From positions 29,416,901-29,480,900 of the forward strand of contig JARFYF010000094.1 in NCBI GenBank assembly GCA_030265395.1: 64,000 bases of DNA, written 5' to 3'. Below the pieces are notes generated by a model. The model ran no database searches. It had not been told where the DNA came from and worked only from the letters and a program-made list of their open reading frames with translations. Numbering within the stretch: the stretch's first letter is position 1; every line of letters starts with the position of its first letter. The stretch comes from Rhina ancylostomus (Eukaryota). Made by a program: the position numbers and the translations under genes. This document shows, in pieces, positions 23,881-36,300 of this stretch.

Positions 23881-26800
23881 TCCAGACTCTCAAGGTACTA
23901 ATCACAAAGGAGCAGAAAAATTATTGAATAGCCTCCTGTATTACATACTTCTTGAACTGGCATTGCTCAGAAAAGGAAAAAACAAAAATACACGTCAGCA
24001 ATACCTTCAAATGGTGTGATCTTAAAGTTCATTTCCAATAACCAAGAGGGAATGAATAGACGACTGCCCCTTACCATCTCTGAAAAGGCTTTAAACAGCA
24101 ATGTCAGATCTCAGTAATATAAGAAAATGTCAATGGTAAAGCATAGCAATGAAAATTTGTCTCTTCCTCCAATAGTTCATTGCTGTGAAAGAAAATCAAA
24201 TAGTGTTTCTCTCAGCAAGCAAAGTTTCATTTTATTCCTCAAATGTAATCATGGTCTATTTATTGCTTGTTTTCAGACCCAGATAACATTGCAAGCTTAA
24301 GCAAATGAATGAAATAAAACTTGTACAATATTGAAATAAATATTATGCAATGACTGCAGTTATGAAAAATTACCAAAATCTGGCATTGATGTGAAACCAT
24401 CAGGAATTTGTTTCTTTAAAATGGAAAACCAATAGCAATTTTTCCTTCTGGTTATAATTCACCTGAGATAATCACACAGGGTACAAGGTAACGTCAAAAG
24501 GGCAGTGAAGAGTAGCAGTGAAATACACAGCAACAAATTACAAGATAGAAATGTGCGAAGAAGCTTTCTGAATTCCACTGACACCATGAACAAACTGTGG
24601 GCTTTAAATGCAATTACTGGCAGTATGAGTACCTTTGCTAGACACCAAACTTTATGAATGATTAACCAGAGCATGGACCATTAAACAATAGCACACATTG
24701 CATTTTGTATGATTCACAGCTTTAGACGCCTCAGGACTGTTATTAAAGACAGTGTTTGCAAAGGAACCACACTGGCATCTCAAACCACCTATAAGAACTC
24801 TGCTGAATGGCTTTTCAGCTCTGGGTTGGGGGTAGATGGCGGGGATTCTTAACACGGAGTGTGGCCATAAACAAGCTCTTCTTTCAAACACAAGTTATCA
24901 TGTTTATAGATGGCTATCTGACACTGGATTAATCTAGCTTGTATTTGAGGATCAGAGTCTGTGTGCAGAACTGCACTGTGGGTCCCTGGCTTCTGTACAA
25001 AAACAGCATGTGCAGTTGACATTCGACTGCAAAACTGTAATGCTGAATGACTTTTGGCTGAAATGGGGTACTGCTTAATTTTAAACATGGGATGGGTCAT
25101 TAACCACCTCCTCTTCTCTCAGCCCATAATTAGAAGTGTATCCTGCAGTGTTTATGCCTAAACAGAAGGCACTGTCTAAGTAGAAAACATGGCAAGGTTA
25201 TTCCTCCCCACTCCCATTCTACCACTTAACCACAGGTCACAATGTTTGCTGTTTTCAAATAAAAATCTCATGACATGCATTTATACCAAGAGTCAATATT
25301 TTTATCTATGGAGCTGTTTAAATGTTCAATTCCATCTGTGCATTGTAAACCTTTATTCACATTTGAGGCAACACCCTCTGACTTGTTTTTACCTTGCTTT
25401 ACGACATTTTTTGGACATTGATATCATCTTCCAATCTTTTACAGAATCACAAACAGACCTATCGGTACCTCCACAACTTCATTCGTAGCCTGCTGTAAAT
25501 TTAGTGGATGCATGGCCATTGGGATGCTGACCCTTCTGCTTGAAGTTGCATTAACTCCTTGAAATGCATGCAACAGTCTTATGAATATTTATTGTAGCTT
25601 TTCCACATTTCCCAAGTGTTCCAACCTGCCAACTTTCACATTTCTTAGTAAAACTAAAGGGAACATATTTTTGTGCACATCACAAGTAGATAATGACCCT
25701 CTTTGGCTTAAACTGGGGCCATCACTTCTATGCCCACCCTCCTTCTCACTTGATCTAAAGAGCCCTTGCTAGTTCTCCAGGCATTGCCCAGATTCTTTTT
25801 GCACTCTTTCTTGGTCTATTGAGCTTTTCACTTCCTTTTCAGTGCTTTGACACTTGTTATTTTTTTTCTTTTATCATACATTTCTTGTTTTTCCCCCAAC
25901 TCTACTTAGTCTGGAGAGACAGTCCTCAGCACTTCCTTTTATTTATCATCCAAGCAAATTCAATTTGCATCATGTGGAACTTGTGCCAAAATATGCCCCA
26001 TTATTAGGCTTTTTTAAAATCTGTCAACTTTTCAATCAAAACAAATAGACTGGACACCTGTCATCGAAATGAAATGAGCTAACTTGCAACCCAACACATT
26101 TATCTTTGAATCTGCTTTGTCTATTTTTAATGTGAAACAATTTTAAATTCATTCCTCCTTTTATCTTGCTTAATTGTCCTGTTTCATAGATCCATTATTC
26201 AGAATCAGATACAATGCTGTATCATTCCTTCTTACATTAAGCCTTGCCTGATAAGTTAATGTGACATTTCCAAGTGATGGATTTAATTGCAGAAACATTT
26301 TGTAGAAGCTGCAAACAAAAAACATGGTCATTACCAGTGTTTATATCCCATGCAAGCTGCTGCTTCTTCCAATTATTTCTTCTTACCAATGGGAGGTAGC
26401 ACATGGTTCCAAAGGTGGAACAGAGGTAACAGACAGACACAATAGAGTAGATGATACATGAAGGCAGAGTGACAAAACGGAAGTTGGAAAGGAAGGCTTG
26501 AAGGTTTATGAAAGTGGGCAGCATTTTTGAGAGCAAAGAATGGACCCAAAAGTGGAGCAACAAGGAGAAAAGGAGAAACAGTAGCAACATACAGAAGATA
26601 CACATAGAAGTGTGGACAGGGTGGCTGAGACAATGTGGGATCTGGAAAAAATGCTCAGAAAGTAATTCACCGGGCAGAAAATCAGAGAGTAGAATGCATA
26701 ATGCGTCAAGTATTTCCCATGCAACCGTTTCATTATCTTGTCCCTACACTATGCTGTTATACAATTATCCATTATATCAATTTAATACCATTTAGAATTT

Positions 26801-27612
26801 ACTACCAATCACTTGGCACAATGAGGCAATGGCACTCCCTCATTCTTAGAGGAAGCAAAGGGCCAGGAAAATTCATTTAACATAGACAAGCTCATCAAAT
26901 GCATTAAATGCAAAATAATGTGCCTATGGAAATGCAGATGATCAGTTTCATCAGTGCTTGGTACTGTTACTCTATAATTCCCTCTCCAATTAAATCTGGA
27001 CAACCAAAATAGCTACCTCAGGCAGATTTGACACATGTTGAAGTAAAATTCTGCAATAATGCATGTGATGTAGAGTATCAGAAGTAATGTTAAAACATGC
27101 AGTGGATTCCAGTTGCCATCTCTGAAAAAATATTAAATAAAAACTGTTTATATTTGCATTCATTTCATCTGTGGTCACAAACTGGATGGATCATTCCTCT
27201 GAAGTCAAGTTACATGAATTTGCCAGCTGGGAGGTTTGCATTTAAACTTGGCAGAAATCAGTATAAACATTCAGGGAGTGTCGAAAGTGCTGAACCTTAA
27301 AGTAAAACATTACACCTCATTTAGCCATCATCCAAGCACAACAGCACTAAAAACTTTCAATCAAGGAAGTTTATCACATTTTAATGTAACTTACACTGAT
27401 GTCATAAAAGTCAGTGAAAAAAACAAAAGTAGAAAATACTGTTCGACATCACACATGGACAAGTGGCAATAATTTGAAGAGAGACTGACTGAGTTCACAG
27501 AATGCACTATGAGACAGCACATTATTTCCCTACATGGATTTTTAAAAATTAATTAACAATAGTTGAATGCATTTAAAATATTCACTTTATAATATATTAA
27601 TAAAAATTATAC

Positions 27613-27859
27613 TTTTTAAAATTTTATTTACAGCATGGTAACAGGCCCTTCAGGCCCAATGAGTCCATGCCGCCCATTTTAAACCCCAAATTAACCTACC
27701 TGTACGACTTTAGAATGTGAGAGGAAACCGGAGCACCCGGAGGAAACCCACGCAGACATGGGAGAACGTACAAACTCCTTACAGACAGCGACGGGAATCA
27801 AACCCTGATCGCTGGCGCTGTAACAGCATTGTGCTAACTGCTACACTACCGTGCCGCCC
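27613..27859 (-). mobile_element. Young, short V-SINE with recognisable Pol III A and B boxes
   Basis: Minus strand GGGCGGCACGGTAGTGTAGCAGTTAG...GGTTTGATTCCC...GGAGTTTGTACGTTCTCCCATGTCTGCGTGGGTTTCCTCCGGGTGCTCCGGTTTCC...GAAGGGCCTGTTACCATGCTGTAAATAAAATTT. Many CpGs are retained. Confidence 0.95.
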
Positions 27860-30669
27860 TTAAAAAAATAATGTTCCCAATTATTAGAGACATTTAAAAA
27901 TGGCGAGACAGGCTTAGATAGAAAAACCCTCAAGACTGTCAGTGTTGTTTCGGGATGTGATGTTAGAGGCTTGGTTGCCACTTGCAACAATATCCACGCT
28001 ATGGGGTAGCTTTTAGATCATGGCAACCAATAGAGCAGCCATAGAGGCTAATGCTGGGGAATGGGGTGTGGTACAATCCAGTCCATTGTACTTGCATGTG
28101 CGCAGACCCCCTAAAACCAATATAATGTCACATATATGTTATTTGCCACAATTGCATATGACTCGCGGAGCTAAGTTACAAAAAAAATCCAGGCCTGTGC
28201 TAGATAGGCAATTCTCCTGCTGACTGATACGGCAATTATCAGAAACAGAAAAAGCTTCAGCACAAATCTAACTACATGTAGCATTTTGTTTTAAAAAAAC
28301 AGCGATATCACTGACTTTCAATTTAATTGCATGGAACAAATGAGTTAGATCTCAAATCTTTTTGGTTGTCTCAGAAGATGAAGCAAATGCCTGTAACTCA
28401 GTCAGATAGAAGAAAAAATGGAGGCACTTAAAAATACAGATGTGATTTTTCAATGGAACAAGTTTTATCATAGGGGAAGGGGAGAGGGAGAAATATGAAT
28501 GGAAAGCTGTGTCCATGGGAATGGAGGGAAGTTAGATAAAGAGCAAACAGAAACCAGGGATGAACTAATATGACAGATTACAGCAGCCTTAGAACTCAAA
28601 CTAGTTTTAAATTATTAACTTCATCAACCAGTGGATCAATATTATGGCAATGCTCACAAGCGTTAAAGCTGTCTGCCAAATAGCCTAACTAAATGTCTGA
28701 ACAAGGCTCACAGAACTTTCATTGCCATTAAACAATGATAATAAAATGTGTGTAAATAATTTAAGCAGCAGTTATAATGTGCTCAGACACAAAAATAAAT
28801 AAGCTCAATTTTCACAAACATTGCTTTCTTTTCCTGTGCTGTTTTCACATTGGTATTTTAAATATTGTTGACCTAATGTAAAGTTAGCTTCCCATTTAAA
28901 TGCTATATAGAGAAGGAACAAGGTCCAGTGTGTCATCATTGAGTGTTGAATCTTTACTCAAGACTGAAATTCTGCACAGATTTCTCAATCACTCCCCAGA
29001 CTGTCAGGTCAAGTGCCAAATACAGACCGGAGACTTGATGAATGGAAGGAAAAAGAATGAGGGAGTCACCTTTGTTAGTTTTTATGCATCTCCCTGCAGC
29101 AAGGTAAAGAGAAACCTTCACTGGGAGTCTAAGATCAAGACTTCCATAATTTCCCAGAGGAAATAACATCAAGGAAGGACAACATGCTAATCCTGTTATT
29201 TCATTTCCTTTGGTGCTGGCTGGTTGAGCATGTGGTTTAATTTCTGTGGCTACCCACTGTCCAATAACCATATAACATCCATTTCAGACAGGCAGCTGAC
29301 CATTGCAGTGAAGCCCATCACAGGAAAGACCTTGTGAGGCTGACAATTTGCCACATGCCTCATCACATACCAATTAGATTCTATTAGCAAATTAAAAAGA
29401 GAGCCATGCCTCAATAGGATTTGCTTACCCACCACTAGTTATTGGCTGAAAGCTGTGTTGTAGTTTTGCTTCAGCACGATAAACTGAATGGAAATAATCT
29501 TGATACGAGGAGTCTTAATCCTTATTTTGTACCATTTCTGAATGTATTTATGGTTCACAATAAGACTGGCTTATCTCACATTTTTCTCTTGCCTATGCTT
29601 GCCAGCTTGCAAGAAATGCAAAATAAAAAATTGCTGCCTAAAATATACAACATTAATATAAGAATGCAATTCTGTGTTTATTATTCCATGGGCAGTAGCG
29701 AGAGATGTAAATTAATCTTTCCAATTATGGATACAGCAATGATATGGAAAACAGTAGTTAACACTTTCGAGGAACTAATTTCAAAACATTGTCCAATATA
29801 TGTAGAATTTCTAAGAAACTAACCTTGGATGTTGTTTTGTGCACATATAACACCTGCACCAAGTTATTATGCCCTTCCCTTAACGTCAACACAGGGAGCA
29901 AATCAGGCAATTCACCCTCCCTATTTGGAGGGATCAAGAGTTCACTTCTACACTGTTGTAAAGGTGCTCTAAACTAGCTCTGCCAGAGTGGTACAAAATT
30001 CAATGGCTACTTGCTAAATTCCTAATTGCACTCTGACAGATCAGCTAATTAACCCAAACACAGGTTAAAAATACAAATTTCCAGTTTTAAGGCATTTAGA
30101 ATCACCACACAATGACTAAATGAAAAAGAAATTGTCAGTGGTAATGGTAACATGGTTATTTTAAAACTTTTTATTTATACACACTCAAGACCAATTCGGG
30201 CTTTAAGCTGCCTGCATGTCATTGAACTGGGTGAACACCATCAGCAGTCGGGCCAGAAAAACAGTAACCCAATTTCTTTCATAGAAGAACATGTGCATCA
30301 GACAGATCAAGAATGTTTCAAATGAGCCACTGCTCAAATAAATTCCATGAAGTGAAAAGGCAACTTGTTCAGCTGACTTTATCATCAGATGTATCAGCAC
30401 TTGGTCAACTTAAAATGGTTTTCTGCTGAAGGGTGAATATTCTGCAAATTAAGCAATAAGGTGAACCTTCAAAAGGAATAGAAAGTACAGGCTAACTTTA
30501 ACAGACTGTTCAGATTTCAATGACATATCAATTTTCTGCTCACAAGAAACACTGAATCAGCAAACATATGGCTGGACATTGGGGATATCATGATTCAGTA
30601 TTGCAGCATGTAATCTGACAACCAGAATATGTAGCCGGTTATATTTGTTTCAGAAAAGAGTATTTTCAA

Positions 30670-30730
30670 CAACAACCTGCATTTATGTAGTGTCTCTGAC
30701 ATAGTTAAGCACCCCAGGCACTTAATAGGA
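30670..30730 (-). mobile_element. L2/Deu-SINE type 3' tail fragment
   Basis: aacaacctgcatttatgtagtgtct...gcaccccaggcactt resembles aacaacttgcatttatatagcgcct...cccaaggcgctt. Confidence 0.5.
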
Positions 30731-30904
30731 TTATTTACAGCAATGACAACTATAGATCAACAAGTAACTGACTACTCACCCAAATATAACATGTTAAACA
30801 CCAAATATTATAGCTACATCTTCTTTACTTCACTTAATTCAATCTTAGTTCCAGAATGGCAGGTGAGTTCAATTAACAACTTGTTTGAAATTTGTTTGAA
30901 TATG

Positions 30905-31427
30905 GTCTTATGGTCTTAACATAGATTTCGCTAACCACTGTAAACCCCACCCCTATTTTTCTTCCCCCACCCCTTTGTCTTCCTTTATTCCTATGGGTCC
31001 TTTCCCCCACCTTGATGATCTGCCCATCTCCTCTCCTCCCCTTCCCCATCCTTTATTCCATGGTCCACTGCCTTCTCCAACCGGATTCGTTCTTCTTCAG
31101 CCCTTAGCCTCTTCTACCTATCAGCTTATTACATCTTCTNNNNNNNNNNNNNNNNNNNNNNNNCATCCCCCACCCACTACATTCCCCCTCTCACCTAGAC
31201 TCACCCATCACCTGGACTCACCTATCCCCTGCCTGCATGTACTCCTCCCCCTCCCCCCACTTTCTTACTCTGGCTTCTGCCCTCTTCCTTTCCAGTCCTG
31301 ATGAAGGGTCTTGGCTCGAAACATCAATTGTATTTCTCTTCATAGATGCTACCTGACCTGCTGAGTTCCTCCAGTACTTTTAGGTATTGTTCCAGATTCC
31401 AGCATCTGTGGAATTTCTTGTATCTCT
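30905..31427 (+). mobile_element. Penelope-like element 3' end with the best-preserved terminal repeat
   Basis: Starts ggtcttaacatagatttcgctaac (GLNIDFAN, end of the GIY-YIG ORF). C/T-rich UTR, then ccagtcctgatgaagggtcttggctcgaaac...catagatgctacctgacctgctgagttcctccag...ccagattccagcatctg. Confidence 0.9.
31293..31330 (+). ncRNA. Minimal type I hammerhead ribozyme motif within the PLE repeat (mutated copy)
   Basis: CAGUC-CUGAUGA-A-GGGUC(UU)GGCUC-GAAAC-AUC-AAUUG. Catalytic boxes are intact, stem II pairs, and stem I pairs at 4 of 5 positions. Activity is not shown. Confidence 0.65.
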
Positions 31428-33099
31428 GAAATCAGTCTGAGGATGCTTCTGACACAGTATTTCCACTTACATGCTTTATGTTAGAGATTTACTAGTGATA
31501 GTTAATTGCTCTTCAGCATATATACTTGAAACATAAATGTCAACAATTTCCATTAGAAGTATAACAGCATTGCAAAGTGAGTGCTAAGCTTGAGCTGAAG
31601 TGTCAGTTCCATACTACTGGAATTTTTCACTATTTCATCTGATTTTCAGCGTTGTCAGGATAGTACATCGGTTGCTGAAACATCAGTGTCAGCTGCCATA
31701 CAATGATCGTAGCAAGAGACCAACACTCCTCTGTAATGAAAAACTGATTATTCACAAGCCTTAACCTGTGCCAGTTGTGAGCCGACCTAACTGCAATGTA
31801 CAAATTGAGCATTGCCATGCAGAACTGCCATGAAAAGATATTTTTCATTGTTTGCATAGTTTCAGGCCAGCAGAGCATGGAATCTTGACAAAACCAGCTT
31901 GACCCTGGCTTAGCAATGCAACATGATTGAGAATCTTGTGAATTAATGACATGGTTCCATATCTGTGACCAATCAACGTGGCCTTCCTGAACAAGCCTTA
32001 GTGCCTTGGAATGGAGGCTTTATCCAAAATTGTTTTCCCTGTATCCGGCTACAGATCCCAGAAGTGAAACTTCATTGGAGTGGCCAAATCAACTACTACA
32101 CTTACTGTTCATGCACATTTCTTTTAATGGGCAATGACAAATTGGCTATGAGTTGTGGATCACGATATAAAACAAGGTAAAGAAGATTAAGTAGCATTAT
32201 TTTAAATTCAAAAACCATTCAATGCTAAAACACCAGCATTAAATACTCATTCTTATACGAGATGTTTTTTCACTCTTTTTCTTTTAGCAATTCAGCTGTT
32301 TATCTGGAGATTGACAATATACAAAAGAAATAATTGGTGCAAATTAAATATTATTTGGTTCCACAAAGTATAAAGTGCATTCAGACACCTCACTCAAATC
32401 TTTTCCCAAATCCTTTTAAAAATGTTTTCACACCTTCTATTTACAAATGCTCAACCTCACACTATGCCAATAAGCTACACGGAAGTATAGCTGCTGATAT
32501 ACGGTACATACCTCATGCATGGTGTCTTTTTCTCAAAGCATTAACTGCCATTGCAGATGGAAATAAATCTTTGATTTTAGTTGTAATAGTAATAATTGTT
32601 ATTTCTGAGTTGTATATTGAAACTGGCAGGCTTATTCTGATCTTTAATGTTAAAGATGTTAATCTTAAACTCTCTCAAATTGCTTTTTCATAACATTGGT
32701 ACTTAATAGTGTCTAAAGTCAAAGGAAAACTTGCACATAAAACACAAAGTTAATACACAGCCACAGCACAGAGAAATCATTGCAAGGGGGTTGACATCTT
32801 GCTGCAACTCAATGGAGCTCAGTGAGATCACATCTGGAATACAGTCTGCACATTTTGATGCTGTACCCAAGGAAGAATTGCTGAGAAATCTTTCCCAAAC
32901 AGTAATCTCAAAGCCAAGGGAGCATGTGCACTTTCAAAACTTAATTAAAACAATTCAACGAATTTTAGACTTGGCATACCCTACATATAAATAGCCAAGG
33001 AAAAATTTCCTCCTTGTCAATCCACTCCAGGAGCCAAACATCACTCTGTGTTTGAGTAATACAAAGGATGGTTGAGAATGAAGACAGAAATTCTTACTA

Positions 33100-33305
33100 A
33101 AAAGCAAAACACTGTAGGGGCCGGAAATCTGAAATAAAAACATAGTGCAAGAAATACTTAGCAATTCGGGCAGCACCAAAGGAGAGTGCAAGAGCTAATA
33201 TTTCAGATGAATGACCTCTCATTGTTTCACTAACCTGAAACATTAGCTGTTTCTCTCACCACAAGTGCTGCCTAACACACTTGAGCATTTTCTGCTTTAA
33301 TTCCA
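33100..33305. mobile_element. Fused inverted pair of PLE terminal repeats
   Basis: ggaaatctgaaataaaaacatagtgcaagaaatacttagc...gctaatatttcagatgaatgacctctcattg | tcactaacctgaaacattagctgtttctctcaccacaagtgctgcct...gagcattttctgc. Confidence 0.75.
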
Positions 33306-36300
33306 GAGATTCACATGTTCATCACAAGCTTTGCAGAATTCAAATTCAAATCTAGATTGCTCATGAAAAATATAACATTGAGAATATGACAATTTTGAAA
33401 TTAAAAAAAGCACTTGTTAATCGATATCTGATCAATAAAGTTGGGTTCATGTTCCCGGTATTGCACTCGATCATCAGCTTGTTCATTTGAACATTTAACT
33501 ATCGTTCCCCTTCTGATTAACCATCTCTGCACTTTGAACAAATGAAAACTGCTTTGAAGAGTTAGGAATATATTATTTTAAATATTATATTTAGCAATGC
33601 AGTCATTAACGGAGCATAGCTTCATCTGGTTCCTTTTATATTTCACCTTGAATGTGGTGGGGGACTGTTTTAAGAAACTGCTAACCTCTGTTTGATTTTG
33701 CACTTTTACCAGTCTATTCTCTGCGAGTTGCTCCCTTTATTTATGATTCTTACTCAGATCTTCTCAGTGTGTGTGGATATCAGTCCTTCATTTCAAAAGG
33801 TCAGATCTGACACTTGCCTGGCAGCTTCTTGCATTGTCAGCAGAGTGAGCTTTCAGCCTGTGTGCTTGTGTTGCTACAAGATGATTCCCTGTTGCCTTCA
33901 GTCTCTCTTTATCCTGGTATTGACCTCAATTATAGACAGTAACATATCTAATTATATAATACAAGTTGTTGTTGTCTATGTTTTTTTATATAGTTGCCCA
34001 AAAATATATAATTTCTTTAATGCAGTGAAAAAACCTGTTGAACTTTGTTGGAGTATGACCAAAAAAAAATGATCAGAAAACCAGTGACCACCATAGTCTT
34101 TTCACTATGTTGGTTCTCTCATATTTTATCAGAGTTACTAGATTTTATTTTCTTCATGACAGAATATCATGTACCTTTTTTTTTAAAAGGAAAAGCATCA
34201 CAGCATTCACTCCCAGGCAACACTGGGGTTTTCTTTTCTGTCAAGTGTTTCACTGTACAGCCACAGTTATTCTTTAATAATCTTCAAAATACAGGGAACT
34301 CCCAGAGCCATGCACACAGCCAAAGTATCGGCCAGCCAACACAATAGCGTCAGTGCTGACGGCTGGAAGTTCAAATGTGACTCATTTGAAAACAAGCCGA
34401 CAGCTTTGGTTAACTCCCATCATTTGCATGCTGAAAACAATGAATGTGGAGCATTAAGACAAGGATTGAACAAGCTTTGTTCTGAGGCATAAAGCAATTC
34501 CACTTCTAGAAACATATATACACGAGTCTTCTCCAGCTCTTTGGTACCAATACCATAATTAAATTCTTTCACAGAAGGCATTCTAGACAAAGTGGCCAAG
34601 AGAATGCAGGAGGAAACAGGTACTCTGGGCTTCTTGGGAAGGTTAAGAAACATGTTGGAAGGGGAGTAAAATACTGCAAGATGATGATATCACATAAATC
34701 CTTCAAGGCATCCCTCCAATTGAGCCAATTGAGACGGGTTGGTGTATAGCAGGAGCCGGTATTGCCTGAACTGTATCACGGACAAACAATAAAAAGGCAC
34801 CCAACTAGGAAAGGTCAAAACATGAACTTGATTACCTCAAAATATTCTCGTTTTAACATTTTAAAAAATCATACTCCTTGCCTCAAACACAATTTTATAT
34901 TTTCGGGCAACTGTATAAAAAAAGTGTTGTTCTTGGAATATGATCTGTATCCTTGGTACATATTTCNNNNNNNNNNNNNNNNNNNNNNNNNNNNNNNNNN
35001 NNNNNNNNNNNNNNNNNNNNNNNNNNNNNNNNNNNNNNNNNNNNNNNNNNNNNNNNNNNNNNNNNNNNNNNNNNNNNNNNNNNNNNNNNNNNNNNNNNNN
35101 NNNNNNNNNNNNNNNNNNNNNNNNNNNNNNNNNNNNNNNNNNNNNNNNNNNNNNNNNNNNNNNNNNNNNNNNNNNNNNNNNNNNNNNNNNNNNNNNGAAG
35201 TCCAGTGCCAGAATTCTTCAATATTCCTGGCTGTAATCTTTCAATCTTTCACTGGCATCAAAAGAAAATCCATACAAGCCAGATATAACAAAGCCTGAAA
35301 ATATTAAATCTGTATGTGGCTATTGAAAGTAATAACTTAGCATTCTTTCTATGCTTGGCCAACCCATAAAAAGGCACACATGGGCCTGAATTTCCTCGAA
35401 TGCACTTATGGAAAACTTCCACTAAAATGGATGGCCATTTCTGCACCAACCTTTCTGTGGAATTCATTTTCTGCACAAAAACATTTAAGAACGTGTAAAC
35501 CGTAGAAAGGAAACATAATTCATCATGGAAATATACTGAGCTGCCACCCTCAGCCCTCAATGCCAGAGCTTCCGATCTTTCCCGCTGTTCTTCCACGAGC
35601 ATATTCATTTAAAAAAAGCCATTCCCACTGCTTAATCCTTGATCTCACCAGGAGTGAGGCTCAGAACACTCTGGTTAAATGTAGTCAATAAATGCAAAAA
35701 GAATCTCTCAAATTCCAGAGGACTCAGTTATCGCAGTTGTAAATGACTTCAAGGCTGTGGTATGATTAATTTATGGGGCATAATCTAAAGTTCTGCATTG
35801 CTTGCATAACTCCTGAAAACTGGTGAACAGGTACCAAGCATAGGGTGGTGAGAGCGTAAATGAATGGCACAGGAATTTAGCAGGCACCTCTCTGAGGCAA
35901 CTTGAACTGCTGAGAAAATCTGCCCACTGTGCTTTATGCAAAACCAGGCAAATCCAGTTATGCATCAATTTCTTGCCATACAGTAATTCCAGGGAACATC
36001 TAGACCCAACTTCAGGGTATGGCAGCCTCAGCGTTTCTTCCCTATGTCATAGAAGTGCAACAAAGACGAGAAGGTGAAATTCCTTTCAACTGTTTAACTG
36101 TATTGAACAGAGATGAAGGCAATGTAATACATGCTATATCTCACAGACTATTCACAGTTCCAAACATAGTTATTCTTCATTGGTGATGCATTTCATGACA
36201 TCATTCATATTTCTTTAACATGATACATTATCAAGCTCCATCCTTATGTCTTTTTCAACAAAGCAACTTGATGTTTCAGCTTTTCACGTTGCTGCCTCAT

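Noticed and set aside
27780-27859. tRNA-like sequence with A and B boxes
   Set aside because: It is the head of a SINE, not a tRNA gene; it continues directly into the V-domain.
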